Of a DNA stretch of 64,000 bases, positions 51,060-62,674 are shown one piece after another. Source of the DNA: Paraspadella gotoi (taxonomy: Eukaryota > Animalia > Chaetognatha). The stretch covers positions 3,716,759 through 3,780,758 of the forward strand of contig CM119267.1 of the NCBI GenBank assembly GCA_051294375.1, in the 5' to 3' direction. Position numbers and translations under genes: made by a program. A model generated the notes under the pieces. The model ran no database searches and was not told where the DNA came from. It saw nothing but the letters and a program-made list of their open reading frames with translations. How positions within the stretch are numbered: position 1 is the first letter of the stretch; every line of letters begins with the position of its first letter.

Positions 51060-51997
51060 GAAAACGGGACATTCGTTTTCCCATTCGGTTTTTTTTCTCT
51101 CGGAATTCGTAGTCGATAATCTCGATCCCTTGGATTTCATGGGCGACGACGAATGAGAGGCGAAGTGAGGACGATCGGCAGAGGCGAAGGGATGACGATC
51201 GGTAGAGGAATGAGAGGCAAAGGGATGACGATCGGCGGAGGAATGAGAGGCGAAGTGACGACGATCGGCAGAGCAGTGAGAGGCGAAGGGATGACGATCG
51301 GCAGAGGAATGAGAGGCGAAGGGATGACGATCGGCAGAGGAATAAGAGGCGAAGTGACGACGATCGGCAGAGGAATGAGAGGCGAAGTGACAACGATCGG
51401 CAGAGGAATGAGAGGCAAAGGGATGACGATCGGCGGAGGAATGAGAGGCAAAGTGACGACATCGCAGAGCAGTGAGAGGCGAAGGATGACGATCGGCAGA
51501 GGAATGAGAGAGCGAAGGGATGACGATCGGTAGAGGAATGAGAGGCGAAGGGATGACAATCAGCAGAGAATGAAGGTGAAGCGACGACGATCGCAGAGGA
51601 ATGAGAGGCGAAGGATGACGAGGCAGAGAAATGAAGGTGAATGACGACGATCAGCAGAGGAATGAGAGGTTAAGTGACGACGATCGGCAGAGGAATGAGA
51701 GGCAAAGGGATGACGCATCGCAGAGCAGTGAGAGCGAAGGGATACGATCGCAGAGAGAATGAGAGGCGAAGTGACACGACGCAGTGTAGCGAGGGCGATG
51801 AGCAGGATGAGAGGCGAAGGGATGACGATCGGCAGAGGAATGAGAGGCGAAGGGATGACGATCGGCAGAGGAATGAGAGGCGAAGAGACAAAGCGAGAGA
51901 CGATCTGTGACGAAAATGTTCGTTGTTGAGGCTTCGTCTTTCCTCGTCTTCGCCGTTGAGGAAGGTTTTGAAGTGAATGAAAAAGGAGGCTGAGAAT
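51060..51997 (-). CDS. Candidate large exon containing an 11-aa tandem repeat
   Basis: TCTTTTTCTCCATCCAG acceptor; DSQPPFSFTSKPSSTAKTRKDEASTTNIFVTD..(SHSSADRHPFA/SHSSADRRHFA)n..SHSSSPMKSKGSRLSTTNSERKKTEWENEC. Both flanks read in the same repeat register; the middle of the array has indels. Confidence 0.4.
51151..51885 (+). repeat. 33-bp minisatellite, roughly 22-23 copies
   Basis: GAATGAGAGGCGAAG(GGATG/TGACG)ACGATCGGCAGAG. Confidence 0.95.
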
Positions 51998-52913
51998 CTG
52001 GATGGAGAAAAAGATTTAAAAATAAAAGGGAAAGAGAGAATGTTGATTTTTTTATGTTATATGGGAGAGGGAGAGAGAGTGAGTGAGAGAGAGAGAGAGC
52101 GAGCGAGATCTAGAGAGAGAGACATCTCAATAGGATTCCAATATCTCTAAATAGTCGCTAAAGAGAAGTTGGTTTGATGCCAACGACCGATTTTCCTTCT
52201 CTTTAAAGATGCAATGGGGAACGAGCGAGTTTAGTGATACTGTACTGTAGTGATAGTGATAGTTCTTGCTATATAGACGTAGGGTGCATGTCACTATTGC
52301 CGCTTAGACATGCAAATAATGTTTGTGCTACATCTCATTTCCTCTCGATCTTTGATCTTCGTCCATCAAGAATTTTCTTTCTTTTCTTTCTCTTTTTTCT
52401 TTCTTATTTTTCTTTTCCTTTTCGTTTGCCTCCGCGGCAAAAGGTGACCCGCTTTCTCGGAGAAAAGTGACCCATTCCCTCGGGGTAAACGTGACCCGCT
52501 TCTCTGAGCACATGTGCGACCCATTGGCAAGGGGCGAACAAATTTGCGTGAGAAATACTTACTCGTCGACGGAAGGAAACCTTACTTTATTTTTTGTGTC
52601 GAGCCGAGAGAAAATTTAATTTTAGGGCCTTCGTTATAATTAAATATAAGCGTTATAATAAACATTTTGTACGTATAGCCCAAAACAGCATTGTATCACT
52701 GTGCCAATGAGAAAAAGTATGTTCATCCCTTAAGAAATTAGGTATATAACAACTATAAAACCAATTCTCAAAAGAAAACAAGACCTTCAATACAAAACGA
52801 AAGTGACCGACCAAGTGGGCGTGCCCTGTCTACGAAAAAGCTCCTGCGCTTCCTACTCAACCGAAATTAACTTACCCCCCTACCGCCCCCCTTCTTCATC
52901 GGCCCCGGGCAAA

Positions 52914-54672
52914 GCTGACCCACTTTCTCTGGACAAAGATGACCTGTCCTTTTAGTAAAGCTCCTTAAAAGCTCCTGTAAAGTCTTTCTTCCCCTTTCCC
53001 GACCGCTCGCTTTTTAGGATCCGCTGCCTTCGGCTCCTGAGCTTTTATTTCTTTCCTTTTTCCGCTTTCCTTTATTTCCTTTCTTTTCTTCTTCCTATAT
53101 TTTGATCCTTTTTTTTTCCCTTATCTCTACGATACTTTTTAAAAGTTTTGTCCAGTAAATAATATATATTAAATAATATTACATCGCATTTCCCGCCGCG
53201 AAAACGGAACAAATGACCTCGTACTCACGCGCTCTGATAGCCGTAACCTGGCTAACCCTGCTCCTCCGCCCCCCTATCCCGTCCCGACCAAAAAAAAAAA
53301 CAAAAAAAAAAAAACAAATTAAACAAGCAGTTTTGCAGATTTTTAACGACTCGCCTCGTTTTTTTTGTTGTTTAAAAGACTCAAACTCGCAACAGTTAGT
53401 TGTGTTTAGGCGTCGCCTCTCACTCAAGATGGATCCTTTTTTTTTTTGCCCCCCCCCCCACCTTCTGCGCACTTCCCCATTTCCTTTACCCCCTCCCTCC
53501 CACCCTTCCCCTTCCATCATCTTCTTACCCCCTTTTTTTTTAAAAAAAAGAGTCGTGCCCGGGGTTTTGACGACGTTCGTTTTCCTGCTTTCGCCTTTTG
53601 TTTATTTTTTTTCCTCCTCGATTGCCATTCGTCGATGTTCAAAAGCGCGCTGCCCGTCCAGGCGCCGAATCCGAGGAACTAAAAAAAAAGGAGGAAAAAA
53701 ACTTTCTCTGTCTCTGTGGTTCTCTTCTCTCTTTCTCTTCTCTCTCTTTCTTTGTCCTCAACTTCTCTCTCATCTGGTACTCTCTCTACTCTCTCGCGCC
53801 GTTCTTCTTTCCGCGCCCCTTGCCTCCAGCTGCACTCTGGGTTTCGATTTTTCTGCAGAGTTTTTCTTTTTCTTTCTCTCTCTCTCTCTCTCTCTTTTCT
53901 CTCTCTCTCTCGCCAGAGGGGCCAAATTGTTTTTAAAGTTATGGCGCCATTTTCTTAGGAAATGTCTTCCTGTCACGTGACTGAAATAAGTGAAAATAAC
54001 TGACAAGAAGGGGACGGGAAAAGTGACAAAGAATTGAAGGAGAGAGGGAGCTTGTTGGAAAAGAGAGAAGAGAGAGAGAGAGAGAGAAGAGACTGATTGA
54101 GAGAGAGAGAGAGAGAGAGAAGAGAGAGACCGAGAGGAGAGAGCAGAGAGAGACGCAGGGGAGAATGAGAATGAAGAAGGTCGCGCGTGGACAAGATGGC
54201 GGGCAAGTGGCCGACGATGACGAAGACATGAATACGAAAAAATTTTTGCGTTTTGCGGATTCCGCGAGGTCTTCGGGAGAGGAAAAAAGAGGAAAAAGGA
54301 GGAAAGGAAAATGGAGGAAGGAAGAAAAAAATAGGAAAGGAGGAAAAGCGGAGGAAGGAAAAGAAGAAGAAAGAAAGGGAGGAACCCGGTGGAAAAGAAA
54401 GGGAAGTTGGAAAAGGGAGGAAAGGAAAAGGAGGAAGGATGGAAAAATAGGAAAAGCAGAAAAGAGAGGAAGAAATGGAAGAAGAAAGGAAAGGGAGGAA
54501 AAGAAAAGGAAGGGAAGGAGAAAATAGGAAAGGAGGAAGAAAAGAAGAAAGGAAAAGGAGGAAAAGAAAAGGAGAAGGAAGAAAAGGGGGGAAAAGGAAA
54601 AAAGGGAAAAGAATAACGGTGAGAAAGGGGGAAGGGAAGGAAGAAAGAAAGGAAAGAATGAACAAAGAGAGG

Positions 54673-54708
<36 letters not shown>

Positions 54709-55034
54709 ACGAACGACGAGAGAGAGAGAGCAGTGACGAGAGAGGAGAGAGAGAGAGAGAAGAAATGAGCAGAGAGACGAAACGAGAAAAAGAGATGGAA
54801 CAGGAAGAGAGACGAGCATCAAGGGAAAAAAAAAGGATCAAAATATAGGAAGAAGAAAAGAAAGGAAATAAAGGGAAAGCGGAAAAAGGGAAAGAAAATA
54901 AAAGCTCAGGAGCCGAAGGCAGCGGATCTAAAAAGCGGAGCGGTCGGGAAAGCGGAAGAAAGACTTTACAGGGAGCTTTTAAGGAGCTTTTACTAAAAGG
55001 ATCAGGTCATCTTTGTCCAGAGAAGTGGGTCAGC
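52914..55034. repeat. ~210-bp inverted repeat pair (52914-53122 and 54821-55034)
   Basis: GCTGACCCACTTTCTCTGGACAAAGATGACCTG...TTTTGATCCTTTTTTTTTCCCTT and its reverse complement; the right arm is followed by ATCTCTCTCT and a 25-N gap. Confidence 0.85.
53935..54205. promoter_or_regulatory. Possible promoter: YY1/Pho-like and E-box motifs
   Basis: ATGGCGCCATTTT (53941), palindromic GTCACGTGAC (53972) and CAAGATGGCGG (54192). Motif matches only. Confidence 0.25.
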
Positions 55035-55984
55035 ATCTCTCTCTNNNNNNNNNNNNNNNNNNNNNNNNNGTCTGTCCTCTTGATGAGATTCCAAATCATC
55101 GTCTGAAATTATAATCGTAAATCTTAAAAACGACTTCAATTTTAAGAGTCACGAAGTTCTACATAACTGATGCTCTTCTTGTACGTGTTTTTCATTTCAG
55201 GATGTCCTCGTGCTTAAGTTTTACCTTAATTTAAAGTATCCCCCGCATATATTTTAATCTCTTTCATCCATGACGTAACCTTATCGATTAAATGATAAAC
55301 AAAAATATTTCGTACCTCGAAAGATTTTTTTTTATTAGAAGTAAAATGACACAATGATGACGCAATAACACAATAATACAGACGAGATTCAAAGTGACAA
55401 AACCGACATAACGACTGGACTTATCATGACCCACTCACAATTAAAAATACTTAGAATTTTAAAAAATAAAAGTAAAATGTTAAGTAAATGTAAAAAAATG
55501 AATAATGACAATTTTTTTATTAATTTTTCTCCTTCTCAATTCCTGGTCATTTTGTTCCGCTTTCAGACCCACGCCTCCCCCAGCCGCCCCTTGCCCCTCG
55601 CCCTCCGTGTCCCCCCTCTTTCCTCCCCCCTCTCTTTTTCCTCTCCGACAAAAGGCGGCCATTTTCGCTTCTTTACCTCATTTTGAGAAAAGCTCTTCCT
55701 CCCTTTTTTTCCTAATGTTTCGAGGTCATGAGAGCCACAGAAAGGGTCATTCCGCCCCTTCTTCCTCCTTCTCAGGCCTTTTTGCCCCACACCTGTTTCT
55801 CCTTCCTGCTCCAGTACTTTCCTTCTCCGCTCCACTCCCTCGCTCCACTCACGACGGACACGCGTTCAACGTTGGGCCTATTTTTCGCGAGAACGAACCA
55901 CATATTTTCCCCATAAATTTGAAATTAAGTTAAGTTTTTTATTGTTAAAAAAAATTATATTAAAAGTATGGTTCGGCGCGCAGG

Positions 55985-56180
55985 CTAAGGATTAAGTTTA
56001 AAGATTAGTTTAAGGGGTTAAGATGAGGTTTAGGATTTGGGTTAAGCCGTTAAAGGGTTAGATACAATAGATGATATTAAGATATTATTTATTAGATATT
56101 AGATATATTACGATACATGTAGATATTAGATAGATAAAGGATAAAGGTTTAGGATTAGATTAAGGTTGGGATTAGGGTTA
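55985..56180 (+). repeat. Degenerate TTAGGG-like hexamer tract
   Basis: TTAAGG/TTAGGA/TTAGGG/TTTGGG variants; similar tracts on the other strand at about 25650-25735 and 28170-28255. Confidence 0.5.
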
Positions 56181-56286
56181 AAGAATTAAATTATCAAGTT
56201 TAAAAAATATATTTAAGTTGAATAATTAAACGTTGTAAGGTTTGATGCGTTAAATGCCCTTTCTTTTTCGTTTTCATAGGTATATA

Positions 56287-56419
56287 GAGAGAGCAAAGAT
56301 AATTTGAAATTTAACAACGATTTTTTTTAGTAGTTGGAACATGTTTCAGGCTTGCTTATTTCAAGCCCTTCATCAGCATAGACATTCCAATAATAAATTT
56401 GTGGCAAACAGAAGAGTGT

Positions 56420-56463
<44 letters not shown>

Positions 56464-56468
56464 AATTT

Positions 56469-56503
<35 letters not shown>

Positions 56504-56634
56504 TCATCTTTGCACAAAAATTTATTATTTTGCCTTCGTGCAATGCCTGATGAAGCTTGAAAATAAGCAAGCCGAAACATGTCCAACTACTAATAAAAAT
56601 CGTTGTTAAATATCAAAATTTCTTTGCTCTTCTC
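56287..56634. mobile_element. ~350-bp spacerless palindrome, possible TA-flanked MITE
   Basis: Arms GAGCAAAG..TTAACAACGATTTTT..TAGTAGTTGGA.CATGTTTC.GGCTTGCTTATTT...(GA)n and their reverse complement; centre GGGAAAATAATTTTACCC at about 56463; TA on both sides. Confidence 0.6.
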
Positions 56635-56656
56635 TAACTTTAAGGTTTAAAATTAA

Positions 56657-56950
56657 AATTCCGATAAAGGAAACAGAAATGGGGCGGTCTGGAAAAAGAG
56701 AGCCCAACTAGAAGCCTGGGATGGAAAAAAAGGAAGCGATTGGTTTGAGCGAGCGCGTCCAAAGTCTGTCAGTCGAGAAATTGACGAGAGACGCTGGGCG
56801 TCGCGTGACGAATACAACGCACCGGAAGTCGGACAGCTCGGTTGGCCCACGCCCACTTCTGGGATGAGACTGGGCATTCTGCGTTACGGTCGCTCGAGAT
56901 TTGAAAAGTCGGAAGGATTGGCAAACGTGGGAAAGTTTTTATTTTTTTTC
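56657..56950 (+). CDS. Candidate exon, 98 open codons without an upstream start
   Basis: NSDKGNRNGAVWKKRAQLEAWDGKKGSDWFERARPKSVSREIDERRWASRDEYNAPEVGQLGWPTPTSGMRLGILRYGRSRFEKSEGLANVGK; a GC-rich, high-complexity island. Splice sites are not clear. Confidence 0.35.
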
Positions 56951-57533
56951 TAAAGTAAGGATGGACAGGAAACGCCTACTGACGTGAATGAAAAGGCCAT
57001 GCAATGGGCCTCACACGAAAGTTTTTGTATCTCTATGGAGTTTTTTTTTATTTTATGATAATATTTTTCTTCGAATTTTTTTATATTTTCTTCGTTTTTT
57101 CAAATTAAATATGATTTATATACATATATATATATCTTATTTTCTCTCTCTTTTTCCTTCCCTATATCTGACTGATTCTCAATACCCATTATTTCTCTTA
57201 CTATCTTTGTCCCTGCCATGTCTCTTACTATTTCTCTTACTATCTTTTGTCCCTGCCATCTCTCCTGCTATTTTCTCTCTCTCTCTCTCTCGTCTCTCTC
57301 TCTCTCTCTCTCCTGTCTCTCACCCTCTCTTCCTCTCTTCCTAAAATATGGCGACTAATTTCTTTTCTCTTCCTCCCTTTTCTCTCTCCCTTCTCTCTTC
57401 CCTCCTTTCTTCTCCCCTTTTTCTTCCTCCCTATCTTCCCCGCCCTCTCTCTTCCTCTTTCTCCCTCTCTTGCGCTCGTTCCTCCCCGCGGCCTTTTCTT
57501 CCTCCGGGCGTTGTCCACTCTTCTCCTCTCCCT

Positions 57534-57566
<33 letters not shown>

Positions 57567-57696
57567 TCCTCTCTCTCCTCCTCTCCTCTCTCCAAAAAGG
57601 TTGGCCTCATCCAAGCACATTTACTAGTCGTTGTTTACACGCGGATCAGAAAAAGAAAGATGGATCCGAGGAAAATCTGAGCGAAAAAAAATAAAC

Positions 57697-57745
<49 letters not shown>

Positions 57746-58500
57746 ATAAAAGCAGAAGAGAGAGAGAGAGAGACAAAAAGAGACAAAAAGAGAGACACAC
57801 ACACACACAGAAAGTCAGAGTGAGATTTCAAAAAGACATTTGTAACGATGATAATGGTTGAACTTTCCATTATGAGAAAGTTAGTGAACTAAACATATCA
57901 TTAGCGACATCGTAAAAAGGCATTTTGCGTTTTTGAGACTTAAGTTTATTAAAAATGAGAATTACATTTTTCGTAGTTTTTCTCTCTGAACCTTTGAATT
58001 GAATTGTTTATACGATATTATTACAATATATTACAAAGATTACAAATGCCATCTTCAATTAAATTCTTGTTGTCATCTTTGTATTGTAGTACATATTATC
58101 CTTTTTCAGTTTCTTTAAAAGACATATTATATTAAATCCTTATTTTGTCTCCATTTTTTATTTGTTTTTCCCTTTGTGCTCCTTCCCATTTTAATTATTT
58201 AATTATTTTTTCTTCTTCCCATTTTAATTATCGACCACAACGAAAGAGAAACTGAAAAAGTCATAACGAAATCGTAAAAATTTTTTCTCGAGACAAAAAA
58301 AAGCGAAAAAAATGCTGGAAAAAAAAGCGAAAGTGTCCTTCGAAATCCTTGGATCTAACCACTAACAAAAAAAAAAAAAAAAAAAAGCACGGTCGGGGCA
58401 GTTCTCCGACTTTGCTGAGTGAAACTTCGACACATTTTCAATTTGCAATTTGAAAATATTTTTTTTTATGCGCGAGCGAAGTTGTTTTAGTCGAAGAGAG

Positions 58501-58537
<37 letters not shown>

Positions 58538-60114
58538 CGCGTCCGACACCGTCATCGGCGGCAGCAGCCAACGTTCAACCATTAACGTTGTTCAATCTTT
58601 TCTCTAACGACTTCAGGAAAAAGTTTTAATGAACATTCTGGGAGTTTTACTACAAACTGCGGGGGAAAAGAAGAAGAAGAAGAAGATGGGGAGAAGGAGA
58701 AAGAGAAGGAGAGAAGAAGAAAGAGAAGGAGACAAGGAGAAAGAGTAGGAGAGAAGAAAGAGAGAAAGAAAAAAAGACGAAGAGTAAAAATTACTGCTAA
58801 TCAGGGGGAAGAGAAAGATGAGGGGGAAATTAAGGGGACGAACGATCTAATGAGTTTCGCTTAAAAAAGGATAAATAAAAAAAATAATAAATAAAAAAAA
58901 ATAACCTGAAAAATTGAAAGAATCTTGCAATTTTTCGTCCACAAAATCTTATTTTTTTAATTCGTCCAAATTTTGATTTTGAGGTTATTATTACAAAAAA
59001 AAATTGTAATAATAGTTTAACCGATGTAAAACAGTAAAAAAAAACTGCCTCAAAAAAAAGAAGAAAAAATGGTTAAGGAATCCGGTCGAGTGAGTATAAA
59101 CAAAAAAAATTCTCATTTTGGAAAAAAAAAATTTTGAGAAAGTTAGAAAGTTAAAAATATTTCCTCGCATAAACAGAAATAAAAAAATATCCCTCGATTT
59201 TCTGGCCGCGCCCTTTTTCATTTTTTTTCCACTAACTTACATCGGGGTCGATAATCTGACCTTAATTTTTCTTTTATTTTTTATTGCTTTCTTTTATTTT
59301 TTCATTTTTTCTTTCCAGCCCTTTTCATATTTTCCCTAAGACCGGCCTAAAACAATTTCCCCGACTGTTTACAATTTTGTTTCCGAACGAGTTGTTCTTA
59401 GTAAAAACGGAGAGAGGCGGAGTCTTGGGATTATATTTCTACTTTCAAAATAACGCTCTCTCTCTCTCCCCCTCTACCCCTCTCTCCTTCTATTGCGCTC
59501 TCTCTCTCACTCTTTCTTCCCTCTTTTGTGTGTGAAAAGACGATTTACCAAAGTTTTGAAAAGATGTTTTTAGGGTGGCCTTAATGGGCGCCTTTCAAAA
59601 CACGAATCCTTTATTCCATCTTCAAAGTCTGAGACATTTTCGGCGAATCACTTTCGACGCGGCCGCCATCTTTTTTTTCTTCCTTCGAACGTCTCCATCC
59701 CTGTCTCACTTTTTCCATCTCGCTCTCTGTCTCGTTTTCTCTTATTTTTTTCTTCCTTCGAACGTCTCCCTTTTCTCTCTCGCACTCCCTCTCGTATTCT
59801 TTCCTTTTTTTCTTCTTTAAAACGTCTCCCACTCCGCCTGCCTTTTCTGTCTCGCTCCCTGTCTCTCTCATTCTCATCAGTCTAACACGATTACTCATAA
59901 TTTCGAAGCTTAATGCTTTTTTTCTCTCTCTCTCTCTAACTCGCTATCTCTATCATTAAAATTTTTAGACAAAATTATTTCATGAGTTTATATATTATTT
60001 TATTATCTTATCTTTTAGGTGTTATATTTAGGTATTTATAATTAACTTTTTTACTCCCTGTCCCTTTTTTTTAGTTTTAGGATAAAGTGAGAAAGAGAGA
60101 GAGAGAAAGAGAGG

Positions 60115-60161
<47 letters not shown>

Positions 60162-60297
60162 TTAAAGAGTTAGAGAGCGATATCGAGAGAGCGAGAGCAA
60201 GCGAGCTCCCCATACCTCATCGGGAGAGTTCCCCCCGTTTCTTATGCGGGGAATAATTTTTGACGTTTATCGTCTCTCTCTCCGTCTCTCTCTCTCT

Positions 60298-60356
<59 letters not shown>

Positions 60357-61688
60357 TCCGTCATTCCCTTCGATCTTCGGGAGGAAAAGGAAAGAAAAGT
60401 GGGTAAGGAGATTGAAAAAAAGGGGCTCGACGAAAAACGAGGGTAAGTTAGGGGGAAAGTAAAGCGAGGAAATGAAAAAGGAAGTTTATGTTGACACAGC
60501 CCCGCGCTTCTCGTAAAGTTATGATTCATTCCTTTCTCCCTGATATTAAACTATTATGTTTAGCCTTCGGGTAATAATCACATCATTTCGAAAAGAATTG
60601 ACGACGGAAAATGTTTTATTTATTTCGAAAAAAAAGTTTTAAAGATTAAAATGTATTAATAATAAAGGGGTATGATGACTTCACGATCGATTGATTAACA
60701 GACTGTTGTCAAAGTTGTAAAATGACTGACCGACTCTACTGCCAATGAAAAATCAAATGATTGACTTAGTATTAAGCTATTCGTAGTGGGATCTACAAGT
60801 GCATTTTTTTAAAAAAAATTTTGCAATATATTTCGATTTTTTTTTACTCTGGACTGCCTTGGAAAATGATTCGACAATTAAAATTGAAATATTGGCAAAA
60901 AGAAATAAAATACGCTAAAATACAGTTGTATATCCCGCTACAAATTGCATAACATATTACATACGTAATACATACTCATTACTCAATTACTCATTTACTA
61001 ATTCCGGTCTATGAGATGTCTCTTTAATTCTTAACTTGCTCTCAACCACCGATATTTTTCACCAGAAAATCTTACTCCCGTGAACCCGACGTCTTTGCGA
61101 TTAAATCTTTTGTTTTTCGATATTTCTCTCTCTCCTCGCTAGGGGCGCTGGCTGCCTCTTTATCTCTTCTTATCTCGAACTGCATCTAAACTTTTACGTC
61201 TTTCTTTCTGTCAGTCACTTTCATTTTTCACGACGCATATTATTTTCTTTCTTTCTTTTCTTAATCGTCTTTTCTTATATTTTATCTTCTTTTTATTTAT
61301 TTTCTTATCTTTATTTTTGTTTCCTTTTCTTTTCTTTTCTTTTCTTTTCTTTTCTTTTCTTTTCTTTTTCTTTCCCTTCCTTTATTTTTCTTTTCTTTCC
61401 TGCCCTGTCCTGTCCTGTCCCTGTTCCTTGTCATTCCCTTTCCTCATTCCTTTCTTCCTTTTCCTTTCCTTTCTCCCTTCTTTCCTTTCCTTTTCCTTTC
61501 CTTTCCTTTCCTTTCCATTTCTTTCCTTTTTTTTTCCTTTCCTTCTTCCTTTTCACTTTTCCTTTTCCTTTCCTTTCCTTCTCCTTCCTCTCTTCCTCTC
61601 TGCTCTCTCCTTTTTCTTCGTGCGAAAAAATCTGCGCTTATTATCAGTATTTTTACATTCATTAGAATTTCTAACAAACTTTTTTTCG

Positions 61689-61751
<63 letters not shown>

Positions 61752-61896
61752 CTCCCTCTCTCAATAAAAAAGAAAAAAGAGCTTGAATCGCAATCCGATT
61801 TTTCTCTCCAAATGCAGAAACTCTCAGATTTCTTAATTATCCTCTCAGACTCTTGGCAAACATCCTTTCTCCCTTTCAATATTCATCATTTCTCTT

Positions 61897-61959
<63 letters not shown>

Positions 61960-61973
61960 CTTCTCTTCTCTTC

Positions 61974-62009
<36 letters not shown>

Positions 62010-62610
62010 CTTTTAATAAATCTTAGCCTGCTTTTTCTTTTTATATTTAATATCTTTCTTTTTTTCTGCAACGATTGATAATTGTCCAACGGTCCACCGC
62101 CATATCCTTTCTTTCCCCAGTTTCCTTTCTACCTTCGGCGGCCGCTGCCAGCGGCTGCCGGCTGTTCAAACGCAGAACTCAAATTACCTCTCTCTCTCTT
62201 TCTTCTCTCTTCTTTCTTTCTTTTCTTTCTTCTTCTTCTCTTCTTCTCTTTCTTTTCTTTCTTTTCTTTCTCTTTCTTTCCTTTTCTTTCTTTCTTTCTT
62301 CTTTCTCTTTCTTTCTTTCTTTTCTGTCTCTCCCTTTCTTTCTATTTTTCTCTTCCCTTTTCCCTCCTTTTCCCCTCTTCCGTTGACTTTTTTTATTTTT
62401 TTATTTTTCTCATTTTTTCTTAATTTTATTTTAATTTTCTACTCCTTTTCCTATTTTTCTTATTCCCTTCCCTTCCTCTTGTTTTTGAATTGCGACAAGA
62501 CAATTCCATGCCAGCCAGTTGTTCTTTTTTTCTCATCTCTCTTTTTTTCTATCAAACGCCCCACTCCTCCACGTCCCAAAACAAACGACGCATCCTTCTC
62601 TCGTCTCTCT

Positions 62611-62674
<64 letters not shown>

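Noticed and set aside
5395-51885. 33-39 bp tandem arrays as CRISPR arrays
   Set aside because: Units are head-to-tail with no unique spacers, there are no cas genes, and the context is eukaryotic.
55181-55200. 20-nt GTACGT...TTTCAG micro-intron
   Set aside because: Single instance with no convincing flanking reading frame; more likely the end of a longer intron or chance.
55985-56180. True telomere or chromosome-fusion site
   Set aside because: The hexamers are highly degenerate, short and dispersed at several internal sites.
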